This document shows, in pieces, positions 1-12,260 of a stretch of 64,000 nt of DNA; within the stretch, counting starts at the first letter, position 1; each line of letters begins with the position of its first letter. Position numbers and translations under genes: made by a program. This DNA is from Macrostomum lignano (taxonomy: Eukaryota): contig NIVC01001325.1 of NCBI GenBank assembly GCA_002269645.1, positions 186,001-250,000 on the forward strand, given 5' to 3'. The notes beneath the pieces were generated by a model that saw only the letters and a list, made by a program, of their open reading frames with translations, was not told the DNA's origin and did no database searches.

Positions 1-1949
1 GCAAAGAGCTACAACACTAGCAAGGTTGTTGAAAAGTGGAAGCAAGCATTCTCCCTCTGCCCATAACATCAACAATTTTTACTTGATTTTTTACTTTCCT
101 ATATGTAAGCATGGCCATGGGTCGGCAAACTTTTGACTTTAAGGGCCAGTTAAGTAATCTAGATTATTGCTGCAGGCTAGAAGAGAATAGAAGAAAAGTT
201 AAGATAGAGGAGAGAGAAGAAAGAGATAACAGAAAAGATGAAAGATAAGAGACATGATGAGAGAAGATATGAGAGGGGAGAAGATAGGTAAGGAGATGAG
301 ATCAGAGAAAAGAGAGGAGAGAACTTAGAAGAGATGCCAAGCTTGCGCAGGCCAGATTGCTTATAGTCTAGATCATGGCAGGTGTATGCCAGAATAAAAA
401 TTCATGTTTTTCAATTTAAAAAAATTGAAAAAAATTTATGCCAAGGTCAGAGTTGTTTGTACGCCAATTTTTAAGAAACATATTTTTAGACATAAAAGAG
501 TTTTACTAAACTTTAGCATGGTTGTTTTTTGCTTAAAACTAATATTCTTTGTTTTTATTCTTTGTAAGTATAGGCTAGAACATGTAAGTCTTATTATTTC
601 TTATCTTAAAACTATCTACTAAAAATACTCTTTTAACTTCCTTTGATATATTCATGTATAAAACTAGAAGCATTATTAACATTAGGCAAGAATATTGTAA
701 AAGATATTCCTAATATTAGCTGGCATGCATTCAAAACTTTTTTGGCGTGCATTGGCATGTATTTGTATTTGTTCAATTTTTGTTTGGACATGCACGCACC
801 CAGCACAATCTAGACTATGGGAACTATGCAGTTATTTCTCAGTATTTGTCATAAAAATAAATAGAAAAAACTGCCTATTTCTATCTCTTAGCAAATTATG
901 ACTAGACTATAAATAACAACAAATGTGCCTGCGAATTTTTCTGAAAGCTGCGAAAAAAAATAAATTCCATCCCATGGTGCTAAAGCAAAGGCAATTGACT
1001 AAAAGCTAAAGACTATTAAAGGCAAGACTTCAAGAATAAAGTTAAATTGGTTTGTATATATTAGCAAAGTGCTGCTAGTCAGTTTTTAGGCCTTTAGCTC
1101 AATATGTTAATCTGTTAATACAAGGAACCAACCGATAATAAAAATGTTATTAAAAAGATCGATACAAGTTGGTCACTACTCACTGTGGTGCCACATAAAA
1201 AATTAGTTAAAATGATAAACTGGTTAAAGGAAGAGATTAAGTAACGTTAACCTTATAAAAACCTGGTAAAATATTCACAAAACAAATTATGGGATCATTT
1301 AATTTACCTATTTATACGTCTTACTCTTACTCAATACTCAGTCACATTAGTCGTTGCGTTGCCTTGTATTAAGGAACCATCATGTGTTTCTTGGAATTTT
1401 TACAATTCAAATACGAGCGTCTTGCCGTTCAATTGTTGCAAAATTATTGATGCTTGTATTTTAATATGAATCATACGAATTGGCTTAAGGCTTGTTGTGG
1501 CTTGGTTTAGTTTTAGGAAGTTACTTACTTTTTATTGGAAGAGATGATGCCTCATGATAAATTATAATTACATTCAATTAAGCTAGGCTTCTGCCATGCA
1601 TCGGAAGCCTTATCAAGGGGACAATACCATGCAATACCAAGATCTATATAACTAAACTTCGGTTTATGAATTTAGACTAACACCATGTAAATAAATAACG
1701 TTCAATTCAATAAACGCAGTAAACCGTGCCATCAGAAACAAGATCAAAATGTACATGTAACTATACTGTGATATTTATTGTGAAACCCACCAGAGGAGAA
1801 AGTACGCTCGTATATTAAACGTAGAACGTCCTTCTGCTTCTTCAACAGAATTTTGCTGCTTGCAGAGATCTTGGATCAGAAATTCATCAGAAATTTTAAA
1901 TCAGAATTTTTAATCCAGTGTCTCTGTGCATGCAGCTGGACACAAGATT

Positions 1950-2682
1950 ACACAAGTCTGTTGCAAAAGCTGAAGACGACCCGCAGGAACGCAGCCACTT
2001 CGGTCGGGTACGCGGTCCACAAAGATTTCACGCGGACACAACTCCGCCTGGTTTGCGGGGCAGCTGAACAGGTGCGTAACCTTATTGGGTTCCAACAGCA
2101 GTCTGGAGTCCGGAGTCGATCCGTGCCGCCGCCTAGCTGGATTGTCGACTCTGGCTTGAAAATCATGGAGCAGTTGGCATAAGCTGGATCAGCGCAACGT
2201 ACCTGCGCCTGCAGGATGCACAGATGGATCTCAGGCCGCGGTCGCCAAATGACGCAGTTAATTGTGGGGCAGGCCGTCCAAAGTGTCCTAAAAATCCTAA
2301 GCACGATCCCAGCAGCCGCGTCTCAAAGATGTCCCTGGCCGGAATCAGAATCCAGTTCACGATGAAGCGCACCGCTCGTGAAAATGAAGGTCTTCAAGAG
2401 CCTGTGCAGAAGCAGTGAAAGGTGGTTGTTGTAGATGAAACCAGTGTAGGACACCTAACTGGTTCGGAGCTTGAACTGGAGCGACAGAGAGGAGATTGCG
2501 CTGGAGATTGAGCAGCCGGCCGTACTTCACAGTGGGGATCAGCTTTGGAAGTTATAGCAATGCAGCCGTTGATACAGCGGATGGCCGGCGTTCTGGGACC
2601 GTCTGCAGTTGAGTCCAGAAGGTCTGGGAGATGAAGGGCCCCAGACAGACACGGCGTAGTCTAGCAGACTTCTGTGAAGCGC
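1950..2682 (-). mobile_element. Decayed non-LTR retrotransposon (LINE, I/Nimb-like), 3' part: RT thumb and C-terminal CCHC region
   Basis: Minus strand reads RSLLDYAVSVWGP...LQTV and HLFSCPAN...LWTAYPTEVAAFL, with frameshifts. Confidence 0.7.
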
Positions 2683-3341
2683 TGAAGTGACACATTTTGG
2701 CTCTTATAGAAAGTTCCCATCCAGATGGAATGTATTTTAACCAACGAATGCGCTCCAACTAGCAAAAGCTGAGGACACGACCCCAACCTCAACCAATGAA
2801 AAACAGTTATGTACCATCCAATGCGATCAAGACTGAAAAGTACTATAAAAGCTCATGTTAACCAACCAAGAAGCTCGCGCCTCCCTGGCCTTTTCTCTCT
2901 TCCGCCTCTCTTTCGCCCTTCTCCTATCTTACCTCCTTTGACTACTTTTGATTGACACTGCCAGGGTCTCGGCCCAAACACTAAAACTGATAAATTGACT
3001 CACTAAAACTAAAACAACAACCAACCCACGTTCCACAATAGACTGAACCTTCGGTTCCCCCGAACACTTAGAAACCCCTTGGAACTCGAACAAAACGAGC
3101 TTCTTATTTGGAATTCCATCTTAGACCTTATATTTTGTAAGATAACATCTCGAGATTGTGACCATCAAATACAACGGTCTGTAAGTTAACATCAAGTGTT
3201 TGCATCATCAGGAAAAGTCAGTTGAATCCGCCGCCTCAGTTATTTGGCTCTCACATTGATATTTGAAGTAGAACAAGAGCCATAGAAGTGAGAGACCAGA
3301 AGAAGAACAATAAAACCTACATATTATTTTAAAATATTTCA
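2683..3341 (+). repeat. 5' LTR (659 bp)
   Basis: Starts TGAAG, ends TTTCA. CCAAT motifs ~2792 and ~2817, TATAAA ~2844, AATAAA ~3309. About 7 substitutions and one 3-bp indel versus the 3' LTR by eye. Confidence 0.95.
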
Positions 3342-3342
3342 C

Positions 3343-3356
3343 TGGTTCCCTGACCG
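3343..3356 (+). promoter_or_regulatory. Primer-binding site complementary to tRNA-Glu 3' end
   Basis: TGGTTCCCTGACCG lies 1 nt after the LTR. Its reverse complement CGGTCAGGGAACCA matches the 3' end of metazoan tRNA-Glu(CUC) plus CCA as recalled. Confidence 0.85.
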
Positions 3357-5143
3357 TACTTTTCCTCCGATGCTTTTCACCACAATAGCCGCCATGCCCT
3401 ACATGGGGTAGACAGCTATAGGCGTGGCTGATGGGTGCGAACGGTTGGACTGGCTTCTCCCCCCCCCCTCCCCTTTGAGCATTCGAGACTGTCAATAATA
3501 CATATTCGAAGAATGAATCGTAAATCACGAGCTCTTAAATTCAAATTCAGAATTCAAATCGGTTCTAAGTTTTGTCCAGTGCACTGAGACCTGATTCACG
3601 TCATTTCAAATTCAAAGGAGCCATGCATGAAAGTCAATACATTATCGTTCCGGAACAATTACAATTTCAATTCAATTCAAGAAACGTCGTCGAACATCTG
3701 ATATCGAGTTCTTATTCTCAAGCCTCAGAGCTTCAATGCAGAAATTCAATTCAGTTATTCTGATCCTCAATTGTTCAAGCTTCAAAGCTTCGATTTTTCT
3801 AAGACCGCGGCATCATCAATTGTTCAAGTTTATTTAATGTTGGACGCCTCTTTATTCACTGCTTTTCCACAGAATAGCAACGTTTGCTCTGGACTTCCTC
3901 ATACAAGTATGAGACTCTCCAAAGCGACTGCGCCATTCGTTTTTCCTCCTCGGTTTTTCCCAGCAGTGTGTGGCCACATCCAGAAAACTGGCTTATCTCA
4001 GATTCTCTGCCCAGTTAAGCGCCCGAAAGAAAGAACGAAAACGCAAAAAACCTGACGAGCTATTCAAACGAAGTCACTACAGCAAATATTAATCAAACTC
4101 TGGAGCCACCAATTTCTTGCTGTCAGAAAACTTCTTCGCTTATCAGACAGGCTGCTTGCCTGACCATTCATTATCTTCCTTGATTAAAGCCCACGATTCG
4201 CTGGTTGCCGAGCCTGCGTGCTCCATCCGGAAAACCTTTTTGCTTATTTTTGCAGACCGCTTGTCTAGCCTTCCATCATTTTTTCTTGATTAAAGCCAAA
4301 AAACTTACTGTTTGCAGACTTCATGAGCCCCATCTATCAAATCCTTATCCACCCAAGTTTTTTTTTTCGGATTGTTGATTCTGGCGGTTGCCCTTTATAG
4401 ATCATTTTGATGTAGAGATTAGGATGCTTTGGAATCTTCTTGTGTGTTTAATCAACTTCAGTGCCCTCCAACAAATCCTTATCTTAAACAAGCTGCCCAA
4501 GTCAGACTTCGCGCGCATACTTAATCTCCCAGAGAGACCTCTTTTCTTGATTAGAACCATCACTCAACTTCATCTCCCACGAGAAAATCTTTTTCTCAAT
4601 CAAACTGTCCAGGCCAGCCTTATCATGCCACTTCATCACCGGCCCAGCGATGTTTTTTCCGCAATCTCTGACAACCGACTTCCCCTGGGATCTGTCCCTA
4701 GCCCCCTCCCGTTTCGCATGATGGATTAAGACCAAAATAACCTCAACTTTTCTTCCATCTCCCTATTGCCAGTGGCCAAAGCCGTTTGATACCCCACAGA
4801 GCTTGTATTCTAGTTATTTTGCCAGTTATTCTGTTCTCGGCTTTACAAAAAACTACATTAACGCTATCTATTACCTACCTTATTAAAATAGAACTTTGCC
4901 CATATTTTCCACCTTTTCTTAAAAGCAGCCTGCGTTGATTTAAATAGTTAAACAGGTTGGTTTGGTTGTGTATTTTGCAAGCATCTACACACAGAGAGGG
5001 TGGTCGCGGCACCAACAGTATGTAAATATATGTACACTAATAAGTAATTCTATATCTACAAAAAACTATACCAAAAATTACAAAAACATGAAAATTAAAA
5101 TTAAAGATACATAAACCTAAAGTCAGTTATTCCCCAAATTAAA

Positions 5144-5425
5144 TTACACCAGAATAAAGTTACCCCAGCGTCGTCCCGCTACAATCTCCTCCTCGACTTG
5201 CCGGAGTTCCTGCCACCATTCGAGGCGGCGCTCACACCACTTGCGGACGGGTGTGACTAGCCGCCTGAACGCTGACAGGAGCCGTGAACCCCGCCGAGCA
5301 CCCCGCTTCGTGTCGCGGGGCCAGCCGTCCTCCAGCAGCAATGCGAGTTCCCACAACCGCCGACAGAGCCACCACCATTGATCCGCCGTCTTCCTCGTCC
5401 TTTCGAGTTGGGCTTCCATAGCCAT
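5144..5425 (-). CDS. Antisense accessory ORF (93 aa, Trp/Arg-rich, unknown)
   Basis: ATG-initiated GC-rich island in an AT-rich leader, divergent from ORF-A. Confidence 0.4.
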   Translation of the reverse strand: MAMEAQLERTRKTADQWWWLCRRLWELALLLEDGWPRDTKRGARRGSRLLSAFRRLVTPVRKWCERRLEWWQELRQVEEEIVAGRRWGNFILV

Positions 5426-5520
5426 AATGGGTTGTCGAGCAGTCGCGGTTCGGGAATGGTTGAATTGACAGAGTCGCGTAGGAGTAGCAAACCTTATCCG
5501 TTCCCCTTCAGTTTAACCAA

Positions 5521-5659
5521 TATATGCGCCCCGCCTCCCAGGCATAGCTTGGAATTCCCCCAACCAACCAATGAGGACGCCGCAAACTCTGTTCCCAACT
5601 CCCTTCAGAATTTGCCATCAACAGCACTATTCTGCTAGCACTTTTTGCAATACTATAAA
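5521..5659. promoter_or_regulatory. Candidate internal (bidirectional) Pol II promoter
   Basis: GC box GCCCCGCCTCC 5528-5538, CCAAT 5568-5572, TACTATAAA 5651-5659 (same 9-mer as the LTR TATA). Confidence 0.45.
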
Positions 5660-5799
5660 TCGACAGGATCCCGCACTTTTGGGTTAATCGCCTCTCCAGT
5701 ACCACCGAAACTGACTGCAAGATCGACCTTTCGCATATACAGCCTCTACCGACTCAGCAAACACCGTAAATACTCTCAATTGTGTATTCTTACTTCAAT

Positions 5800-6677
5800 A
5801 TGGCCGGATTTCAGCATATCCATGCCCTCATCAAGGCCCTCACCGCTTCTGATGATGTCCCGCTCTTTGACTGTATGTGTGAAATGTACTATTGCCAACA
5901 TCGCCGCAATTTCATTTATTACCACCCCTCCTATCTTTCGCCCTTCCCGTTTCCTCGCACTGTTAAGCCTGCTATTCCAGATTCCCTACATCATGATCTC
6001 TTCAATTGTAACGGACGCTTCGATCTGGTAGCCGACTTCGCCTTTACCATTGCCGACTCCTACCTTTCCCGGATCCACGACCACTGCCAATGTTCTATTC
6101 CGGGACAGATAGACAATATTCTGTTCCACCTCGAGGGCCTCCATACCCCACCCCTGCGAGGAACCTTTAAGTCTGCCATCGTCGAGCTAGCCATCCACCG
6201 CCAGGAGTTCGAGGTGCTCTTCCGCACCCTGCGTTGTGTCAATTTCCACACCGCTAATCCTCTCAACTACGAATATCTCCACCGAATGTACCGTGACAAA
6301 ATCGATGGCATGGAATGCGAACGTTATGATCAACTGCTCCAGAGCTTTGTTCCCCCCCGTTTCCGACTCACCCTCGAGCATGTTTAACCTTGCCTCACAC
6401 CAAACTCCGCCACCACTTCTGGTCGACCTGGACGCGCCATCGCGGCAGTTCTAGAGGTCAGGCCATTGAAGCTCACTTCCTCACCCTCCCTCGGTTCCAC
6501 CGGGAACACATAGTTGGCCATCCCGAGTTCACCGACGACCCCTGTTTTGAAGTTAGCGACTCTCCTTGCCCCACACTCGAGGACACATCACTTGTGCCGA
6601 AGAAAACGGTTCACCACCGCGACTACCGCTGGCAGGTCCTACGCTTGGATTGCCTCCGCATACGGTGGTCGCCTTAA
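5800..6677 (+). CDS. Accessory ORF-A of the LTR element (~290 aa, Cys/His-rich, unknown), one -1 frameshift ~6375
   Basis: ORF 5782-6387 (first ATG 5800) abuts ORF 6390-6677 in the -1 frame. Globular-looking composition and upstream TATA box. Confidence 0.6.
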
Positions 6678-7649
6678 TTACCTTATTCCCTCCCCCTAAG
6701 CCGCAATTTCTATGGCCTCAGCACCAACCCCCCTCGGGCCCTGTAAATATACTATACTCTCTCATTGTCTTTTGAGCACAGTTTCATTTCCAACTCACTT
6801 TCTGTTACCTTCTCAACTGTATTGTGTAAACACTATTTTGAAAATGATCCTTTGATCGACAAAAATTATAAAATTCAAAACCTCAAAAAGCACGTCTCCA
6901 TTTATTTTTCTTCGCTTTATCTATGCTAGACTATTCACATAGTGTTTTCGTAGCCTGCGACAAACTCAAAATGATCATTAGATTGCAAAAAAAACAATAA
7001 AACCAGGAAAACACAAAAAACAATACAATTGTTTATAGTTCATTGCGTATAATCCGTAGTGCTCTTATCATGTTAAATTTACAAAATGATCAGTCCGATC
7101 AATAAAAATTATAAAATTTCAAAAATTAAAAATAGAAAATTTACAAAACTACCGGTACAAAAACAATACTCTACGTTTGCTTAAATTATGAAATTAACCC
7201 CCTAGCTGAAACTCGTCAGAAAATTCAAAATTCAAATGCGAAATTCAAAAGCCAGAACAAATTCTCAGAAGAAAAAACTGCCGACTTCAAGAAAAAGAAA
7301 ACTGCCGATTTCAATGATACAAATTCGATTTTATTGGCCACCACTGATGTCCGTCTAGTCCAACATTCAGGAGCTCTTTTATCAGTTTATCAGTTTCGAT
7401 AAAAGTTTCAGAACCGATTAAAAAGGCAGTTCAATTCAAAATTACTTCGATTTTCAAAGCTCGTTGCAGATCACAGTTCAAAAAATCACACAGTCTCTCT
7501 TTTTCTCCCTTCCCCAGCCAGTCCGCCAACCGCAACCCTGAAAGCCATTGCCGTTTGCTCACTTTGAACTTGACACTCTCTCTTTATTTTGCTATCAGTT
7601 ACATTTCTGTGATATCGTTCCCCCGAAATTATTGATCGTATTCTTGTTG

Positions 7650-9000
7650 ATGACCTCACCTGTCCGAGATTTACTTTCCGGACCAGTATTCCAAAGCTCA
7701 AATCTTAACAGACCTCCTCAACAAAATTTAGAAATTTCTGACCGTCAAGTAGGCGAACAGCCTCCACGAAATAGTTCACCAGTTCCTAATCCGTTTGTAC
7801 CAGATAACGTTGAGCTTAATAACCCTCTTGCGGATCATTTTGAACACAACCGTGCACACTCGCCAGAACCCAGTTCCATTCTAACAGACGTGGACGAAAC
7901 AGTTCAACAAGTCCCAAACGCTATTGCTGAAGAATCTACTCTAGACATGGCTGATCAGGAAGCCGCTCCCCATGTTGATGCTGCAGCCACAAATGCTGTC
8001 CGCGAACTCACTGATGTTATGAATCGCAGTCTACAATTGCAATCGAATCATCCCGTCTCAGCTACTGCTCTTGCTAAAATTCGTCAATCCCTGAAAGGAA
8101 TCGACCAAATGCATGACTTCCGTTCCTTCACTGAAGAGTTCGACTTGATCACACGCTCCTTTGGACTATCGGAGAACGCAAAGATTCGGCTCTTCCCGCG
8201 ACTACTGAATGACCTTCTTAAACTCGAATACAGTCGCCTTTCTGCCGTGGTCCAAGCCTCTTATCCAGCCACCATTGAGGCACTATCTCAACGCCTTTGG
8301 GAAGTAACCATTGGTTCGGCTCTAACGCTGCATAATGCAACAACCCGGAAGCAACAGTACGGCGAACCGTTCCTGTCCTATTTCACCGACATTCGTCGAA
8401 AGCTCCGGTCAGCTATGCCGGAAATACCGGAAGAATTTCCGGAAGATGCCGGTCCGGAAACACCACCCGCGAACCAAGCTGTCATCGACCAGCGAAACCG
8501 AGACTTTCTCGCTACCCTGATGGCTACGACTATCAACAATGCTCTACCCTACATCAAACGAGAACTCTTGAAGCAAAATATCACCACGGAAAGTACGCTA
8601 ATCAACAAGGCCATCCGCGTGAACAAATCCGCGACTCCACCATGGACTCTGATGGCACTGACTTGAAGGCTCTGACTGAGCGCCTAACAACCCTAGAGAA
8701 AACAACGAAGGAAGCCAATCAACAGGTAGTTGCTCTCTGCAAACACAAACCAAGCCACTCACTGCTAATGTGCAACAAAAGCCGACTTGTTATCATTGCG
8801 GTCGACCTGGACATTATGCCGCCGACTGTCGTCGAAGGAATGACGAACAGCCTCGTCCCTTCCGACCTAACTCTGACGATCGAAGAAACGCAGCTCACTA
8901 CGGCTCGGACGCCCGCGAAATCGCTACCAGCAGGCGCCGCCACGGTTGACCTGTAACTATTGCCGGAAACCAGGACACTCTATTAACCAGTGCCGACTAC
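7650..9000 (+). CDS. gag: Gag (capsid + two CCHC zinc knuckles), interrupted by three -1 frameshifts (~8618, ~8745, ~8935)
   Basis: ATG 7650. Gag-like helical CA (FRSFTEEFDLI...QQYGEPFLSYF). Knuckle CYHCGRPGHYAADC at ~8788-8829 lies in a frame absent from the ORF track. Second knuckle CNYCRKPGHSINQC at ~8952-8993. Confidence 0.88.
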
Positions 9001-9500
9001 GAGCCCAACGTACACAAGGCTACGGTCCACCGGCGACACAACAATCACGATTCCCACCTCGTCAAGACTACAGAAATCGGCCTCAGCAACGCTATCCGCC
9101 TCGATACAACGACACCAACAATCAACGACAAGCTCTGAGATTCGCGCAACAACAATATCCTCCAATACGCGCCATCACTGCTCAGGATCCTGAAACGTCC
9201 CACCCAGGATGGAATCAACAGCCGCAGATTGGATGGACGACTCACGACGCTCCCGAGTCTGCCCAACTGATGCACATTGCTACAGTTGATGAACGCCCAC
9301 CGACTTTTGGAAACGAAATTCGCTACTCTGGAGACGCTAAGCAGCTGAAATCTTTACTCAAAAAACCGACTACTGCCGCTGCGACTATCAACTCTATTCG
9401 CCTTTGTACGGTTGAAAGAGTGACTAACGCCTACACTCCACCGAACAACAACAACAACCGCGAGAATACCGTGAAAGCTTCCGTTGGAATTCGCCAATCA

Positions 9501-12260
9501 CTACTGGCACTTTTTCTCCTTTGCCTAGTAACTTCACTCTTCTCACTAGCCAACGCTACTCCGGTAACGACGTCAACTCCACCATCGATCGAAAGACAAT
9601 CTCAAGAGGGCTTCATTGACACGCCAATGGTCTGTCCGTACAACCAGATCCCACGAATCTTTACGATACCACACGAAATCCGTTGTGAACAGCTCAAACA
9701 CAAAACCACACCGGCACTTCCGTTAAAACTAGAACTCTACAAAACTAACGTCGAAACCAGCTCCCTGGTCATGACTGTCTGTTTTCGCGAGAAAATCACT
9801 ATTAGATGTGATACTGCGGTGGTAAGAACCTGGACATCCGCCCTAGTAGAGTTAGAGCCACAACCAGTCACCAAAGCTGATTGTGAAAATTGGGCGCGAA
9901 CAAAGCTATCGCCTGATGGATCATTAGTGCTAAAGACTGCGTCAACTCAGTCTATCCAACGCCTGCAATCGACATTCAACACGCAAAATGCTGTGCGTTG
10001 CACTCCTGGTTCCCATTCAGAACAAATAGTAACAACGGTGATCACCGGAATCCCAGCCTACTCAACAGCAGATCAAAAAATGGAATCTTTTTCCTTCCCA
10101 ATGGACAACTGCAAACTCGCAGACAAATTTTGTACAATTAAAACAACTGCACAAGAAATGCGAGCTTTCAACCTACCTTTGCCGATACTAACATCTCCCT
10201 GGGATCCTTTGGAAACTGAAGCAATCTACCAAATTGACGTGAAAGAACCAAGACACCTGAATCTCATTTGGACACCTCCACCGCTCGCTGATTGTCCTTT
10301 AAAACCATTTCGTACTCTTGAAGGCAACTTAAACTCCGGCTTGTTCTTAACTAATGACCAAAAATTGGGACTAACCTTCAACCCAGTGCCGTCGACTCAC
10401 ACTCTCACCTGCACTGGCGTCCGTAAGACATTGTACCTTTCAACGCAAGGTCTCTACGTAGACATCCTTGACAACAAAGAAGCAGACTTTCTCGCCACCT
10501 TACGAAGCCCATTAGAGGAAGCCACTCCAAAACCTCAAATTAGCAAAGAAACCACTTCTTCGAGACAAAAACGTCGTTCACCACCAGCCATACTACCAAC
10601 GCCACCAACTATATTACCAGTTCAGCAATCGACAACTCAACATCCTTCCACTACGACAACACAGTCACGACAACTCCTACCGCCGCAACCTTTACGACAA
10701 GAACGACCTGATCATCCACCGACGTCAAGTACCTCTACAACAATGACGCCAACAACTACGATACTAACTACTACAAAATCAACACCAACAACTACAATTT
10801 TGACAACAACAACTCCACCGACTACAACAACACCACCGACTACAACGAAAACACCACCGACTACAACAACACCACCGACTACAACGACAACACTACCGAC
10901 TACAACGACAACACTACCGACTACGACAACACCACTGACTAGAACGACAACACCACCGACTACAACGACAACACCACTGACTACAACGACAATGCCACTG
11001 ACTACAACGACAACAACACCTACAACAACCGTAACACCGACAACTCCAACAACCACAACTGCTACAACCTCAGCAGCAACAACGACAGCCGACTCAACTA
11101 CAACGACAACGAAAGTGACGACACAACCTCGTGCCACCACCACTCTACTGCCAGCAACCTCAACCTCTAGCAGCACAACCAGTGCACCAGCAAAGTCTAC
11201 CACCTCGACCTTCACGACGAACCTACCAACGACAACAACCAATCCGCAACTGGCTTCTATTTATACGAATCTAGCAGTTCCACATCACGAACCAAAAGGT
11301 AGTCAACCGGACCTCCTGCTACTACCACGCAACAAGCGAAGCACAGACGACAAAACCATCGCAGCCCCTTCAGGCAACTCCACTGCGCAACTCTCATCAA
11401 CGTTCGCATCCGCTGAACTTCTTGCTGGACAACTACAAGGAGCTGCTAGTAAAGCTCGAAAAGACCTTCTCCAAGTGCAGAGACAACTTGCAACTACTCA
11501 ATGCATGATGTACGCAACTAATCTCAAGTACAACCGACAGTTATACTACACACAACCAACGCTCGCTGCTCGACTCTTATTAAATGATCCTTTCTTGCGA
11601 ACTAGATCCATTGCTGGATACCTCTTCGTCTACCAGTGCAAACCTCTACATCAATTCTGCTTTGTCCAACCAAAGTATAAGACGAACCAATGCTTCATGC
11701 GTCCCCCACTGGAATTCCGCCTACAAAATTATACTGTTCTTGGTTTTTGGACACAACGACTCGTATTGTCTCCACAGCTACTCCAGCTCTAATCTCATGC
11801 GACGCCTTCCCATACTACTACCTGCCTAAACAATCGATGCTATTCAAGACCACACTAAATTTTTTGAGATTCGAACCCACAACCGCTAATGTCAGATCCG
11901 ATGAAAATTATCGGTTGTCCGATTCGCAAACTTCCGTCTCCGAAAGCATCTTCAAACCTATGGGAGATATCAATTATACTTCACTTCATAGCCCGATAGC
12001 GGTGACCGACCTAATGCACCAGTTCATGCAAACTCGCGATTTCCTGATTACGGTTTTCAAACTCCCGAATCGAACACGACACAGAACAGCCATGCTGACA
12101 GTGCATTCCTGGACTCAAAATTAGCTCTCCTCAATCTATGGTCTTCGACGATATTCAACTGGGATCGACTAGTCGCAAACTATCAAGAAAAGTTCGTATT
12201 AACAGCAGCTGTAATTGTCTACATTGCCGTTATTATCTTCGTGTGCAATCTTGGCCGACT
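9501..12260 (+). CDS. env: Envelope glycoprotein, class III (herpesvirus gB / rhabdovirus G-like), embedded between gag and pol; frameshifts ~11738 and ~12055
   Basis: Signal peptide LLALFLLCLVTSLFSLANA|T (9501-9557) and Cys-patterned ectodomain. gB-like block GQLQ...QC...PTLAARLLL...R..AG..F..QC...CFMRPPLEF. Furin sites RQKR and RNKR. TM FVLTAAVIVYIAVIIFVC (12193-12246). Confidence 0.8.

Noticed and set aside
3208-3528. Minus-strand ORFs overlapping the LTR ends (also 19819-20037)
   Set aside because: They cross the LTR boundary with different N-termini in the two copies and have no coding features.
10712-11242. 176-aa Val-rich minus-strand ORF
   Set aside because: Antisense shadow of the ACN-rich Thr codons of the env mucin region.
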